64,000 nucleotides of DNA from Dehalococcoidia bacterium (GCA_965249275.1 CBDFLQ010000006.1:736001-800000), one strand, 5' to 3'; counted from the stretch's first letter, positions 17,151 to 27,478 are shown. Notes: a model not told the origin generated them from the sequence alone. A program made the numbers and translations.

Positions 17151-18221
17151 ATGATTATCGACAACCATATCCACATATTCCCCGATCAGGCCGGCCCAGA
17201 CGTCGGCCCCGACCCCGCCCGACACGTCGCTCAACTTCAAAAGACCGTAGCCGATTTCTGGGGCAGGATGGTCTCAAGTCACACCGACCCCAAGTTCATT
17301 CCCGAGCCCGAGGAAGACGTCGGTTTCACCGTCGGCAAACATGGTCGATACTACTGGCGTAAACGCGGCGAGGGTTGCTGGCTCCAGCGAGGCCCCGCAT
17401 TCATGGCCAGAATGGAGTCTACACCCGAGCAGATCATTGCCCACATGGACGCCGTCGGCGTGGACATGGCTGTTATACAGGCCGACTACGACTACGTGGA
17501 CTTCGATACCGGCCGCGAGAGCTATTTCCTCGATGCCGTGAGATCACGCCCCGACCGCTTCTTCGCCACTGCCGCCGTCGACTACCGGCTGTCCCACTCC
17601 GACGACTTCCTCCAGGGACAGATCGCCAACCTCACCCACGCAGTGGAGGACTACAGGTTCCGAGCCCTGTTCCTCGGCGGAGAGGCCATCCCCGACCCTC
17701 TCGACGACCCTCGCTGCGACCCCTTATGGCGGGAAACGGTCCGCCTCGGCGTGCCGGCCTACGTCAATACTGGCTTTTGTTCCAGGGTAAAATATCTGGA
17801 GCAGCTCAGGGGCCTCAAATCTGTCCTGGACCGCTTCCCCGACCTCAATGTCATCGACTCCCACGTCGGCGGTAACCTTCTCCACCCCTCCCACCCCGAT
17901 TACGTCGAAACCCCCACCGAGATCTTCTCGCTACTGGAGACCGGTCAGTTCTACCTGGAGGTCGGCTACGTACTCGCCTACGAGGACTACCAAATCTGGG
18001 GCCCCGACTCCCTATATCCCTACCCCCAGCACTCGAAAATCATCCAGGAAGTCTACAAGCGCTTCGGGCCCATGATGGTCTGGGGGTCGGACCTGCCCTG
18101 GTGCTACCGCACCTGCACCTACCAGCAGAACGTTGACTTGGTCCGTCTCCACACCCCCTACATGACCGACAAGGACCGCGAGCTGGTCCTCGGCGGCAAC
18201 CTCTCCCGTCTTCTGGCCTGA
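17151..18221 (+). CDS. Amidohydrolase family protein (Amidohydro_2-like)
   Basis: IIDNHIH, MVWGSDLPW, VLGGNL. Confidence 0.82.
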   Translation: MIIDNHIHIFPDQAGPDVGPDPARHVAQLQKTVADFWGRMVSSHTDPKFIPEPEEDVGFTVGKHGRYYWRKRGEGCWLQRGPAFMARMESTPEQIIAHMDAVGVDMAVIQADYDYVDFDTGRESYFLDAVRSRPDRFFATAAVDYRLSHSDDFLQGQIANLTHAVEDYRFRALFLGGEAIPDPLDDPRCDPLWRETVRLGVPAYVNTGFCSRVKYLEQLRGLKSVLDRFPDLNVIDSHVGGNLLHPSHPDYVETPTEIFSLLETGQFYLEVGYVLAYEDYQIWGPDSLYPYPQHSKIIQEVYKRFGPMMVWGSDLPWCYRTCTYQQNVDLVRLHTPYMTDKDRELVLGGNLSRLLA

Positions 18222-18260
18222 TCACCAATCCATCCTCCGTCTCCCTCTCCTTTATTGCCC

Positions 18261-18333
18261 GCAGGGACGGTTCGCGAACCGTCCCCCGGCCACTCACCCC
18301 AATCCCCGCCAACCGACCATTTACCGTCATTCC
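18261..18333. repeat. REP-like family C (GTAGGGGCGGTTCGCGAACCGCCC-type) within a ~75-bp direct repeat; second copy at ~18842-18914
   Basis: The two diverged copies flank the HEPN-like gene; partial copies at ~53456 and ~53594. Confidence 0.75.
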
Positions 18334-18422
18334 GAGGCCCCACAAGGAATCTAGGGCTAGCCCCAGCACCTCTCCTTCCTGGTTCGCTAGGCCCTTCTTT
18401 ATTGTGATAGCATGACGGTACT

Positions 18423-18806
18423 ATGACCACCACTGCCGACGTAACCCAAGTCTTTGCCGACGCCCGAGCAATGTACTCCGCCGCCCTCTCCCGACTAGCC
18501 GAAGGAGACATCAGAGACGCATCTGAAAAGGCGTGGTGTGCCGTCAAACGGGCCACAGACGCCCTAGTGCTTGCCCACACTGGCGAATTACCGGAACGTT
18601 CGACGGATACAGGTAGCAGTCTGCGAAGAATCGCTAAAACAGAACCGCCAGCGCGTTCGCTCAAAGCCCGCTACTACGAACGCCAGGGCACTTTGCACGG
18701 AGAGTGCTTCTATATCGGCCTCTGTGAACCCACCGAAGATACCGAGCGGCTGATCAGCGAGACCATAGATTACATCCAGGACGCCGAAGCCTTGGCACAA
18801 GTGTGA
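18423..18806 (+). CDS. HEPN/PaREP1-like small protein
   Basis: GDIRDASEKAWCAV...LHGECFY helical pattern. Confidence 0.6.
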   Translation: MTTTADVTQVFADARAMYSAALSRLAEGDIRDASEKAWCAVKRATDALVLAHTGELPERSTDTGSSLRRIAKTEPPARSLKARYYERQGTLHGECFYIGLCEPTEDTERLISETIDYIQDAEALAQV

Positions 18807-19040
18807 CTTAACCGTCCCAGTCTCCCACCATTTGCTTCCCGGTAGGGGCGGTTCGCAAACCGCCCCCAACCCGCTCACCCTAATCCCAGCCAATCGACCC
18901 TTCACTGTCATTCCACCCCCACCCCGTCTCCCGAAATCCAGCCTATCCATCCCCTCCTCCCTCTATAAGGAAATAATGATGGCAGGTGGGGTCCCGATTT
19001 ATTCTTGGGGTGGGGGGATGATAGTTTTTCACCCTCACGT

Positions 19041-19069
19041 TAGACACTCCCACACCCCTCGGCTATAAT
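19041..19069 (+). promoter_or_regulatory. sigma70-type promoter of moaDE
   Basis: TAGACA-N17-TATAAT. Confidence 0.6.
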
Positions 19070-19106
19070 TGACCCTCAAGAAATCCTGTTATCCGGGGAG
19101 GCGGGC

Positions 19107-19358
19107 CTGAGAGTCAACACCCGATTCTTTGCCATTTACCGGGAACGGGCCGGGCTCAAGGAGGAGGACCTCCACCTCGATGAAGGCGCAACCTCCGCCC
19201 GACTCGTGGAGCGGCTCTCGGAGTTGCACCCGGGCCTGTTCGAAGGTGGGGGAAGGCTCGTGGTGGCCGTCAACGGGGAGTACGTCCCCATGGACCATGT
19301 CCTAGCCGACGGCGACGAGGTTGCCCTGATACCGCCCGTGAGCGGAGGCCGAAGTTGA
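19107..19358 (+). CDS. moaD: Molybdopterin synthase sulfur carrier (MoaD/ThiS family), CTG start, missing from the ORF track
   Basis: GGGGAGG then CTG; (M)RVNTRFFAIYRERAG...VAVNGEY...DGDEVALIPPVSGGRS*; stop overlaps the moaE TTG. Confidence 0.85.
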   Translation: MRVNTRFFAIYRERAGLKEEDLHLDEGATSARLVERLSELHPGLFEGGGRLVVAVNGEYVPMDHVLADGDEVALIPPVSGGRS

Positions 19359-19795
19359 TCAAGATAACCGAACAACCCATCGATGCCGCCGAGTTCATCG
19401 CCGCAGTCAACCGGAAGGAGAACGGCGGCCTCGCCGTCTTCCTGGGCACGGTGCGCGACTTCACTGGCCCGACCCGCCTCGCCTACATGGAATACGACGC
19501 CTACAAGGAAATGGCCGAGAAGAAGATGGCGCAGATCGTACATGAGGCCCGGGCCCGCTGGGACACCCCGGACATCGCCGTGGCTCACCGATTCGGGCGG
19601 CTGGAGCTGACCGAGCCCAGCGTCATCATCGCCGTCGGCACACCCCACCGCTCCGAGGCCTTCGAGGCCTGCAGATACGTCATCGACCGCATAAAAGAGG
19701 AAGTCCCCATCTGGAAGAAAGAGGTGGACGAGCACGGGCAGGGTGAGTGGGTCGAGGGTTGTGTGCCGTCCGTCAGAGAACCCGTTTCCCATTAG
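19355..19795 (+). CDS. moaE: Molybdopterin synthase catalytic subunit
   Basis: GGLAVFLGTVR, HRFGRL, HRSEAF, KEEVPIWKKE. Confidence 0.93.
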   Translation: MIKITEQPIDAAEFIAAVNRKENGGLAVFLGTVRDFTGPTRLAYMEYDAYKEMAEKKMAQIVHEARARWDTPDIAVAHRFGRLELTEPSVIIAVGTPHRSEAFEACRYVIDRIKEEVPIWKKEVDEHGQGEWVEGCVPSVREPVSH

Positions 19796-19948
19796 GAGGA
19801 CTTTGCTTCAGTCCGCAGTGGGGACGGGGCCGCACGTGCTGTCAAAGATCCGCCTGCGGAGGAAGCCCGTCGAAGTATGAGCGGGGGGCTGGGGTTATTC
19901 AAATAGTCAAAGTGTTGTAACCTGTGACCTCGCAAAGGTCCCATTAGC

Positions 19949-20040
19949 GGAGGGATCGCATAGTGGTCTAGTGCGGGCGCCTGCTAAGCGCTTATCTGGG
20001 GAAACCTGGATCGTGGGTTCGAATCCCACTCCCTCCGCCA
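19949..20040 (+). tRNA. tRNA-Ser(GCT)
   Basis: GGAGGGA/TCCCTCC acceptor stem, GCCA end, CT-GCT-AA anticodon loop, long variable arm, GGTTCGAATCC. Confidence 0.95.
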
Positions 20041-20088
20041 TCCACGCTCAGAGAGTCAGGTTTATAGCATCGATTAGGAAATTATGCC

Positions 20089-21222
20089 TTGAGTACCACA
20101 GTACTGATAATCGGACTTGGCGACGTGGGCGCATGGGCGCTGGAGTTCCTGGCTCGGGAGCCGGGAATCGGCGCCATAGCCGTTGCCGACCTGCGCGCCG
20201 ACTGGGGACGATACCGCACCAATCTCGCTGCCATCGGCGCGTCCATGAACGGCCATGACAAGTCCTTCGTATTCCACCCTGTCGATCTAAGCGACGTGTC
20301 CCAGACTGCGGCGGTCCTCGCCGACGTCAAGCCGGACGTGGTGATCAACGTATCATCTCTGCTTTCTCCCAGGTCCGTTACCGAACAGCTATCTCGAGTT
20401 CCGGGCGAGGCCGGAGAGCAGGCCCGGGCGGCCTTAACCATCGGGGCACAGCTGCCCTGGCACCTTGCTCCCGCCTACAACGTGATGAAGGCTCGGGATA
20501 GCGCCACACCCGAAACACCCGTAGTCAACGTATCCTTTGCCGACGTGGTAAACCCGATGCTCTGGAGCGCGGGGCTCGGGGCGGTGTGCGGGGCGGGAAA
20601 CTGCGAGCATCTGGCCTACGAGATACGCCGAACTGTCGCCGCCGACCACGAGTGTGCCTCCGACGCCGTTCAGGTCTTCCTTGTGAGCGGCGGCAGCGCC
20701 ATGCTCCACGCCGGGCCCAGCAAGATGCCCTATTTTCTCAAGCTCACCGTTGACGGCAAGGACGTCACATCCAACTACGACCCGAAATCGCTCATCGAGG
20801 CGGCTATCCGAAGCCGTTTCTTCCCCGTCGAAGGATACCCACCCCTGTTCCCTACTCCTGCCGCCTCGGCGGTAAAGAATGCCCTTGCGATTGCTCAGGA
20901 CAGCCGGGAGCTTATGACTGTGAATTCACCACTTGGGCTGCCGGGCGACTATCCGGCCAGGCTTGGGACATACGGCGCAGAGCTGGTTCTTCCTGAAGAG
21001 TTATCTCGGGGGGAAGCGGAAAGGATCGGTCGAGCGGCTCTTCCCGTCTTCGGAATCTCCGAAGTGCAGGGAGACGGCTCTGCCTTATATTCCGAGGAGA
21101 CCCGAGGCCGCCTAAAAGACCTCTTAGACTACGATTGTCCCAGCATCCACCCCTCGGAGGCGTGGCCTCGAGCGCGGGAGCTGATGCAGGCGTATCGGCG
21201 CTTTCTTGAGCGCGTGACCTAG
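20089..21222 (+). CDS. NAD(P)-binding Rossmann-fold protein (saccharopine dehydrogenase-like)
   Basis: VLIIGLGDVG N-terminal dinucleotide-binding motif; KPDVVIN. Confidence 0.65.
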   Translation: MSTTVLIIGLGDVGAWALEFLAREPGIGAIAVADLRADWGRYRTNLAAIGASMNGHDKSFVFHPVDLSDVSQTAAVLADVKPDVVINVSSLLSPRSVTEQLSRVPGEAGEQARAALTIGAQLPWHLAPAYNVMKARDSATPETPVVNVSFADVVNPMLWSAGLGAVCGAGNCEHLAYEIRRTVAADHECASDAVQVFLVSGGSAMLHAGPSKMPYFLKLTVDGKDVTSNYDPKSLIEAAIRSRFFPVEGYPPLFPTPAASAVKNALAIAQDSRELMTVNSPLGLPGDYPARLGTYGAELVLPEELSRGEAERIGRAALPVFGISEVQGDGSALYSEETRGRLKDLLDYDCPSIHPSEAWPRARELMQAYRRFLERVT

Positions 21223-21252
21223 ATCTTCCGGCTCCAACAACACTCGAAGAAC

Positions 21253-22512
21253 ATGCTGAATTGGGCCCGTAGGATAGACCGTAGTTGGCTAGTGCTAGCC
21301 ACTGCCTTCGTGGTTATCTTCTTCAACAGCGGGTCTCGGATGGCTTTCGGTGTAGTGCTCAAGCCTCTTGAAGCGGACTTGGGCTGGAGTCGGGGCCCTC
21401 TTTCCCTGGTGCAGACCACTTATATGGTGGTCTCGGCACTTACTATGCCGCTGGCGGGGCGTTTCGCAGACAGGTACGGCTTTCGGCTGATCATTGCGGC
21501 TTTTGTTCTGGTCATGGCCGCGGGCGCCGGATTCACCGGATTCGTGAAAGCCCCGTGGCAGCTTTTCCTGCTCTACGGGGTGGTATTTGCGGTCGGGAGC
21601 GGGGGCTCGAACCTGGGCGTCATGATCGTCCTGGTGAGCCGCTGGTTCCCGAACAATCCGGGCAAGGCCAATAGCACTGCAATTACCGGCGGCGCCATAG
21701 GACAGCTGGTAATAATCTCGCTATTGTCGTCCGTTCTGCTCGACTGGGGCTGGCGGACCTCATACATGATCATTGGGTTGATGATACCCACCCTCAGTGT
21801 GCCGATGACCTTGGCCTTCATCCGCTCCCGTCCCAAAGTGCAAGAGGCCACCGGGCCGGCAGAGAAAGCAAACCAGAGTGCGGAAAGTCGACCTCCCGAA
21901 ACCGGCATCGCCTACAAACAGGTTGTAACCTCCCGGAAGTTCCTCACACTGATATTCATGTTATCCATCTGCGGCTTCCAGGACTTCCTTGTCAGCACGC
22001 ATATCGTCGCCTTTGCAACCGACCAGGGACTCACCCCATTTCTGGCCGGCAATTTGCTGGCGATTATGGGAGTAATGGGAATGTTCGGGGTGCTGGTCTC
22101 GGGGTACCTTTCCGATGCCTTTGGGCCTGGCAAGCCCTCCGGGGTGTGCTTCCTAATAAGAATCGTGATCTTCGCCCTGGTTGTGACTTCCACCTCCCCC
22201 GCGGCTGTTATCGTCTTCGGCCTTCTTTACGGGTTCACCTTCCTTATGACCGCCCCCCTCGCCCCGATATACTTGGCTCGTGGATTCGGAGTCAGAAATC
22301 TGGGAGCGCTCACTGGGACAGCCAACATGGTGCACCAGATGTCGGGGGGGTTGGGCGCTTTCATAGGCGGGCTGATGTTCGACAATAGCGGCGACTATCA
22401 AGATGTTTGGCTCCTGGCATTGATACTCTCGGTAGTCGGGTATGTCTCTGTATTCGCGATCCGGGATCGGCCCTTTATATCGATACCCTCTCCCAAGCTG
22501 GAGGAGGGGTAG
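21253..22512 (+). CDS. MFS transporter (OFA/MCT-like)
   Basis: ~12 TM segments; GRFADRYG and GYLSDAFG motifs. Confidence 0.9.
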   Translation: MLNWARRIDRSWLVLATAFVVIFFNSGSRMAFGVVLKPLEADLGWSRGPLSLVQTTYMVVSALTMPLAGRFADRYGFRLIIAAFVLVMAAGAGFTGFVKAPWQLFLLYGVVFAVGSGGSNLGVMIVLVSRWFPNNPGKANSTAITGGAIGQLVIISLLSSVLLDWGWRTSYMIIGLMIPTLSVPMTLAFIRSRPKVQEATGPAEKANQSAESRPPETGIAYKQVVTSRKFLTLIFMLSICGFQDFLVSTHIVAFATDQGLTPFLAGNLLAIMGVMGMFGVLVSGYLSDAFGPGKPSGVCFLIRIVIFALVVTSTSPAAVIVFGLLYGFTFLMTAPLAPIYLARGFGVRNLGALTGTANMVHQMSGGLGAFIGGLMFDNSGDYQDVWLLALILSVVGYVSVFAIRDRPFISIPSPKLEEG

Positions 22513-22597
22513 CAGAAACCATACGCCTTATTCCGACTTAATGGACAGGTCATAGCCTGTCAGATATCATAATCGCCGCTCATCAAAGGAGCCTAAA

Positions 22598-23761
22598 ATG
22601 AAAATTCACGAATATCAGGCCAAGAGCCTGCTAGCCCAGTACAAAATCCCTGTACCCGAGGGTCGCGCTGCCGAGACCCCGGAGGAAGCTGCCGAGATCG
22701 CCCGAGAACTCGGGGGGCGTGTCGTAGTTAAAGCCCAGGTCCACGCCGGGGGCCGGGGCAAGGCGGGGGGTATAAAGGTAGCCGATTCGCCGGAGGAGGC
22801 AGCGGCCCACGCTAAGTCGCTGCTAGGGACCCGGCTCGTCACCCATCAGACCACTGCGGAAGGCGTACTCATCGGGAAAGTGCTTGTCGAAAAGGCTGCG
22901 CCGGAGGGTAAGGAGCTGTACGTCGGAATCGTCATCGACGGATCGGCAGGCGTGCCGGTGATCATGGCCAGCGAGGCGGGAGGCATGGAGATAGAGGAGG
23001 TCGCAGCGGCCACTCCTGAGAAGATACTCAAGGAGGGGGTCGACCCAACCATCGGGCTTCAGCCCTTCCAGGGTCGGCGCCTAGCCTACGGTCTCGGGCT
23101 TGGGGATAAGCAGGTCCGGCCAGCCGGGGCCATATTCTCAGGGTTGTACCGGCTAATGCGGGAGAAGGGATGCTCGCTTGTCGAGATTAACCCTTTGCTA
23201 GTGACGGGAGACGGGTCATTGATTGCCCTGGACGCCAAAGTTGACTTTGACGATGATGGCCTTTTCCGCCACCGCGACGTACAAGACCTGCGAGATGATT
23301 CCCAGGAAGACCCCCTCGACGTACAGGCCAACGAATATGACATCAACTACATCAAGCTGGACGGCGACGTGGGCTGTATGGTCAACGGGGCGGGCCTCGC
23401 GATGGCGACCATGGACATTATCCAGCTTCTCGGGGCTGCTCCGGCCAACTTTTTGGACGTGGGCGGCGGCGCCAATGAAGAGAAAATCGCCCAGGCCTTC
23501 AAGCTCCTGGTGTCGGACCCCAAGGTGAAGAAGGTGCTGGTAAACATCTTCGGCGGCATCCTTCGCTGCGACGTGGCTGCCCGAGGCATTGTGGCAGCGG
23601 CCAGGGAGGTCGACGTGGATATGCCGGTGGTAGTGAGGATGAGGGGGACTAACGTCGATGAGGGTCGGCAGATTCTCGAAGAGTCGGGGCTGAACATAGC
23701 CTTCGTACCCGACCTCCAAGGCGCCGCCCAGAGGATAGTTGCCGCCCAGAGCTCCCGCTAA
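22598..23761 (+). CDS. sucC: Succinyl-CoA synthetase beta subunit
   Basis: MKIHEYQAK, KAQVHAGGRGKAGG, NGAGLAMATMD, NIFGGILRCD. Confidence 0.97.
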   Translation: MKIHEYQAKSLLAQYKIPVPEGRAAETPEEAAEIARELGGRVVVKAQVHAGGRGKAGGIKVADSPEEAAAHAKSLLGTRLVTHQTTAEGVLIGKVLVEKAAPEGKELYVGIVIDGSAGVPVIMASEAGGMEIEEVAAATPEKILKEGVDPTIGLQPFQGRRLAYGLGLGDKQVRPAGAIFSGLYRLMREKGCSLVEINPLLVTGDGSLIALDAKVDFDDDGLFRHRDVQDLRDDSQEDPLDVQANEYDINYIKLDGDVGCMVNGAGLAMATMDIIQLLGAAPANFLDVGGGANEEKIAQAFKLLVSDPKVKKVLVNIFGGILRCDVAARGIVAAAREVDVDMPVVVRMRGTNVDEGRQILEESGLNIAFVPDLQGAAQRIVAAQSSR

Positions 23762-23773
23762 GGGATTATACAA

Positions 23774-24652
23774 ATGAGCATTCTAGTAGACTACAATACA
23801 CGGTTGATGGTCCAGGGCATCACCGGCAGAGACGGCAGCTTTCACGCCATGCGCTGCCGAGACTACGGCACGAACCTGGTGGCCGGGGTGACTCCGGGAA
23901 AGGGAGGCACGGACGTGGAGGGTGTGCCGGTGTACAACTCCGTTTCCCAAGCCGTTGCCGAGACAGGTGCGAATGTCGCCCTGATTTTCGTTCCCGCCCC
24001 TTTCGCTGCGGACGCTATCCTGGAGTCTGCCGATGCGGGAGTGCCCCTAATCATCGCCATCACCGAGGGGCTACCCGTGCTGGACATGGTCAATGTGGGC
24101 AAGTATCTGAAGGACAAGGCCGTCCGCCTGATCGGCCCCAACTGCCCAGGAGCGATATCCCCCGGGTCCAAGGCCAAGGTGGGAATCATGCCGGGCAACA
24201 TACACATGGCCGGTCGAGTCGGCATCGTGTCACGGAGCGGCACCCTTACCTACGAGGCCGTCGCTCAGTTGACCGAGCTCGGGATTGGTCAGTCAACGTG
24301 TGTGGGGATTGGGGGAGACCCGATAATCGGGTCTGACTTCGTGGAGATCCTCGGCCTTTTCCAAGGGGACGACGAAACCGAAGCCATAGTGATGATAGGC
24401 GAGATAGGCGGGTCTCGGGAGCAGGAGGCAGCAGCCTTCATCAAGAGCAACGTGACCAAGCCGGTGGTCTCGTTTATCGGAGGGGCTACCGCACCTCTCG
24501 GGCGACGGATGGGTCATGCCGGGGCCATAATCACCGGCGAGAGCGGCACTGCAAAAGCAAAGGCAGAAGCGTTGAGCGATGCTGGGGCCACGATAGCCTA
24601 TAGTCCTGCGGAGATCGGGATCACGATGCAAAGGGTGCTTAACTCCCGCTAA
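23774..24652 (+). CDS. sucD: Succinyl-CoA synthetase alpha subunit
   Basis: [28 protein letters not shown]. Confidence 0.97.
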   Translation: MSILVDYNTRLMVQGITGRDGSFHAMRCRDYGTNLVAGVTPGKGGTDVEGVPVYNSVSQAVAETGANVALIFVPAPFAADAILESADAGVPLIIAITEGLPVLDMVNVGKYLKDKAVRLIGPNCPGAISPGSKAKVGIMPGNIHMAGRVGIVSRSGTLTYEAVAQLTELGIGQSTCVGIGGDPIIGSDFVEILGLFQGDDETEAIVMIGEIGGSREQEAAAFIKSNVTKPVVSFIGGATAPLGRRMGHAGAIITGESGTAKAKAEALSDAGATIAYSPAEIGITMQRVLNSR

Positions 24653-24697
24653 CACTCTGCATCAGCTAGTCCATTGGGAGTGGCAGAGTTCCCTCTG

Positions 24698-24726
24698 TTG
24701 ATAGGCACTAGCCAATCTGCTATCTT
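24698..24726 (+). promoter_or_regulatory. sigma70-type promoter of tRNA-Ala
   Basis: TTGATA-N17-TATCTT with extended TG. Confidence 0.55.
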
Positions 24727-24749
24727 TTTAGTCCGCGATTCGCTTAAGT

Positions 24750-24827
<78 letters not shown>

Positions 24828-24984
24828 ATCCTTTCTTTCCCTGCCCATCATTGTCCCAGAACATCCTTAATTTATAGCTGGGTGATGCTTATTGGGTGCC
24901 CAGACGCGCCACCTGTTCCCCCCAATTTCCCGCCTCGGCTATGGTAATAAACGTGGGAAAAAGTCGTTACTTAGAGGGACATCT

Positions 24985-25133
24985 ATGACACTATCGGAAA
25001 CAGGGGTTAAGGCCCTATAGGAACCGGGCGATATTCCGATGTCGGAGGATTGCATCTTTACATCAGCAAAGCGGGACGCAAGTCGTGGGTTCTGCGCATT
25101 ACCGTCGACGGGCGCCGAGACATGGTTTTGTGA
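24985..25133 (+). pseudogene. Tyrosine integrase N-terminal (arm-binding) remnant
   Basis: MTLSETGVKAL*EP/RYSDVGGLHLYISKAGRKSWVLRITVDGRRDMVL*: P4-type integrase N-terminus with a stop, a frameshift and truncation, just after a tRNA. Confidence 0.75.
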
Positions 25134-25482
25134 GCTCGATGGGATCGTTGACAGCGTTCATGAGTGAGACTACCATGGTCCTCATCGAGGGTAGTACTTC
25201 GTTTAGGCTCAGGCAGTTTGGTATGGGTTAGAGCGGTAAGGGAACGGGCGGATTCAACGTCGCTAGCATAGGGCTGTCGACACACCGATAATCTCCTCAG
25301 ACTGCCTAACCACTCTCCAGAAGAACGCACCGTTCACTGTAGCTCCTAACTCCAGGCCATTGGGAGTATGGAAAGCTGGGAGGTGGGATATGGGTGTCCT
25401 GTAGTTCATAGGTGACCCCCGCTTATCTTTCGTTGCGCGCGCTTGGCACGAGACACGATAACTTTCAGGGAAAGGCAGACTC

Positions 25483-26853
25483 ATGAGATTTTTTGGGCGT
25501 TCAGTCAGAAGAGGACCGACCTGGCAAAGGACTGCGATCTTAGTACTCGGGGTCTTGGCTTTGTCCCTACTTATAGCGGTCGCCTGTGGAGAGACTTCCA
25601 CGCCGACTCCGGCGCCCGAGCCCGCCACTTCCGTGCCATCCACCGCAGTTTCCCAACCCACGGCTACAGCGGTGCCCGCTCAGGTGGTGACAGCCACGCT
25701 TGAGCCTCCCACGGAACCAGAGGTGACAATCAGGGCAAGAGATGAATGGACGGTAGAGAACCCGGCAACGCTGGCGGAGATAGAAGCTGAGCTGGAGAAA
25801 CACCGGGGCGAAAGCATCGTAATTGTCGGCCCGGGAGGCGCCTACCAGGCTGCAATGAGACAGGCCTATTTCATACCTTTAGCGGAGAAATTCGGTATCG
25901 AGGTAGTCGAGGATAGCCCCAACAAGACGCCAGCCCAGTGGGTGACCGCTGCAGAGACGGGCAACATAGTGTGGGATGTGTCAGCCCACGGCGTTGCAGA
26001 TGCTGTAGCTCTCATCAAAACCGACACCCTGGAGGAGTTGGACTTGAGCGTGGTAGATATCAGGGACCTGTTAGACCCCATTCGAAACCTCTCTCCATAC
26101 ATGGGTGGTGGAGAGGTCACATGGTCAATCGTCCTGGCTTACAACACCGAAGTCTACCCCGGGGATAGCGGGCCCAAGACCTGGGCCGACTTTTTCGATG
26201 TGGAGAAATTCCCCGGCCGCCGGGGCCTGCGGAATGCGGTGGCGTGGGGAGGTCAAATCCAGATCGCCAGGCTAGCCCGCGAACCCGAGCTGTTGAATTC
26301 TCCAGAGGGCAAAGAGGCTGCCAACACACCGAGCAGAGAGCAAATAGAGGAAGATTTCGCCTGGTTTGCCGATTGGGTTGACGACGAAGACAGCGACATA
26401 GTGTATTGGAGCAGTGGCTCAGACTGTCCCCAGATGCTTATCGCCGGAGAGGTCGACATGTGCTCTGCCTGGAACGGTCGAATCTTTGATGCGGTGGAAG
26501 GTGAAGGCGCTCCCTTGGGCATCTGCTGGGAATGCGGCCACATCATTAATATAAGCGGGTGGGACATGGTCAACGGCATGAAGGAGTTGCATCCCGAAAG
26601 GTACGAGTTGGGCAACCTGGTCATCGCCTGGGTAACCTTCGCCGAGATCAACGTTGAGATGTCCAAATACATCTCATATGGGCCGGTCAACCGGAAAGCC
26701 ATACCATTGTTGGACGACCCTGCCTTTGACGATGTACGAGACGAGCTGCCCACCTCGGCGGCAAACGCCCCCTACGGAATCATCCTGGATGAGGTCTATT
26801 TGGGAGAAATTCTGGACTGGGCTGAGGAGATGTACATCACCGCAACCCAGTAG
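25483..26853 (+). CDS. Extracellular solute-binding lipoprotein (PotD/polyamine-type), orphan
   Basis: AVACG lipobox; LAYNTE..PKTWADFFDVEKFPGRRGLR, SAWNGRI, ISYGPVN. Confidence 0.85.
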   Translation: MRFFGRSVRRGPTWQRTAILVLGVLALSLLIAVACGETSTPTPAPEPATSVPSTAVSQPTATAVPAQVVTATLEPPTEPEVTIRARDEWTVENPATLAEIEAELEKHRGESIVIVGPGGAYQAAMRQAYFIPLAEKFGIEVVEDSPNKTPAQWVTAAETGNIVWDVSAHGVADAVALIKTDTLEELDLSVVDIRDLLDPIRNLSPYMGGGEVTWSIVLAYNTEVYPGDSGPKTWADFFDVEKFPGRRGLRNAVAWGGQIQIARLAREPELLNSPEGKEAANTPSREQIEEDFAWFADWVDDEDSDIVYWSSGSDCPQMLIAGEVDMCSAWNGRIFDAVEGEGAPLGICWECGHIINISGWDMVNGMKELHPERYELGNLVIAWVTFAEINVEMSKYISYGPVNRKAIPLLDDPAFDDVRDELPTSAANAPYGIILDEVYLGEILDWAEEMYITATQ

Positions 26854-26915
26854 CAAAGAGCAGGTCCAAACTAGAATAAGTAGAAGCTGTTGACATCGAA
26901 CACAACCGGCTTGGC

Positions 26916-26954
26916 TTCATCGTATCCTGCCTGAGAACGGCAGGATACGATGAA
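26916..26954. terminator. 16-bp perfect hairpin downstream of the binding protein
   Basis: TTCATCGTATCCTGCC-N7-GGCAGGATACGATGAA. Confidence 0.6.
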
Positions 26955-27105
26955 TGACCTGCAGGGTCATATCGCCTGATAGCCACATCGACTGGGGATG
27001 ATGCCTCACGATGAGTTCATGTCTAACGCGCCGCCGCATTTGAAGGCTAAAATCCCGAGGGTGGTCGAGAGTGATGAAGGTCCTTTGTGGGTTGAGGGGA
27101 TCTAG
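26954..27105 (+). pseudogene. Amidohydrolase N-terminal fragment
   Basis: MTCRVISPDSHID.. frameshift ..MPHDEFMSNAPPHLKAKIPRVVESDEGPLWVEG*, resembling the ISADSH start of Amidohydro_2 proteins. Confidence 0.55.
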
Positions 27106-27478
27106 CTGTTGATGCGGAAGGGGTGGACGGCAAACCAGTGCTCCTTGGCAGGTTATTCACAGAAGAGCATCCAGGGGTAGGGTTTCGTGCACCAACAAGG
27201 GGTGTGCTAAACAGTTGCGTCGAGTAAATAGTAGGGACGACAGTTGCAGCCAATCCCACATCGACACCTTTCCGCGCGTCAATTGATGCAGGAGGGTATC
27301 ACACGGCATTGCCTCTTCCCTCACGTCCAACTCTGACCCACCAACACTATTCCCACTCCTGCCCGTAATTGTCCCAGATCACCTTTATTTCGTAGTTCCT
27401 AGTGCGTTCCGGAGTCTGTTCAGCCAGACCACGTGTCTCTGATAGCAGATATTTGTTGCGCACGAATGAGGCGATGTT

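Noticed and set aside
19356-19358. Sec read-through of the moaD TGA
   Set aside because: Not at a Cys position, and moaE is in a different frame; it is an ordinary TTGA overlap.
19949-20040. tRNA-Sec, given the long variable arm and nearby selenoproteins
   Set aside because: The anticodon is GCT and the acceptor stem is 7 bp, so it is tRNA-Ser. ORF 19971..20258 over it is spurious.
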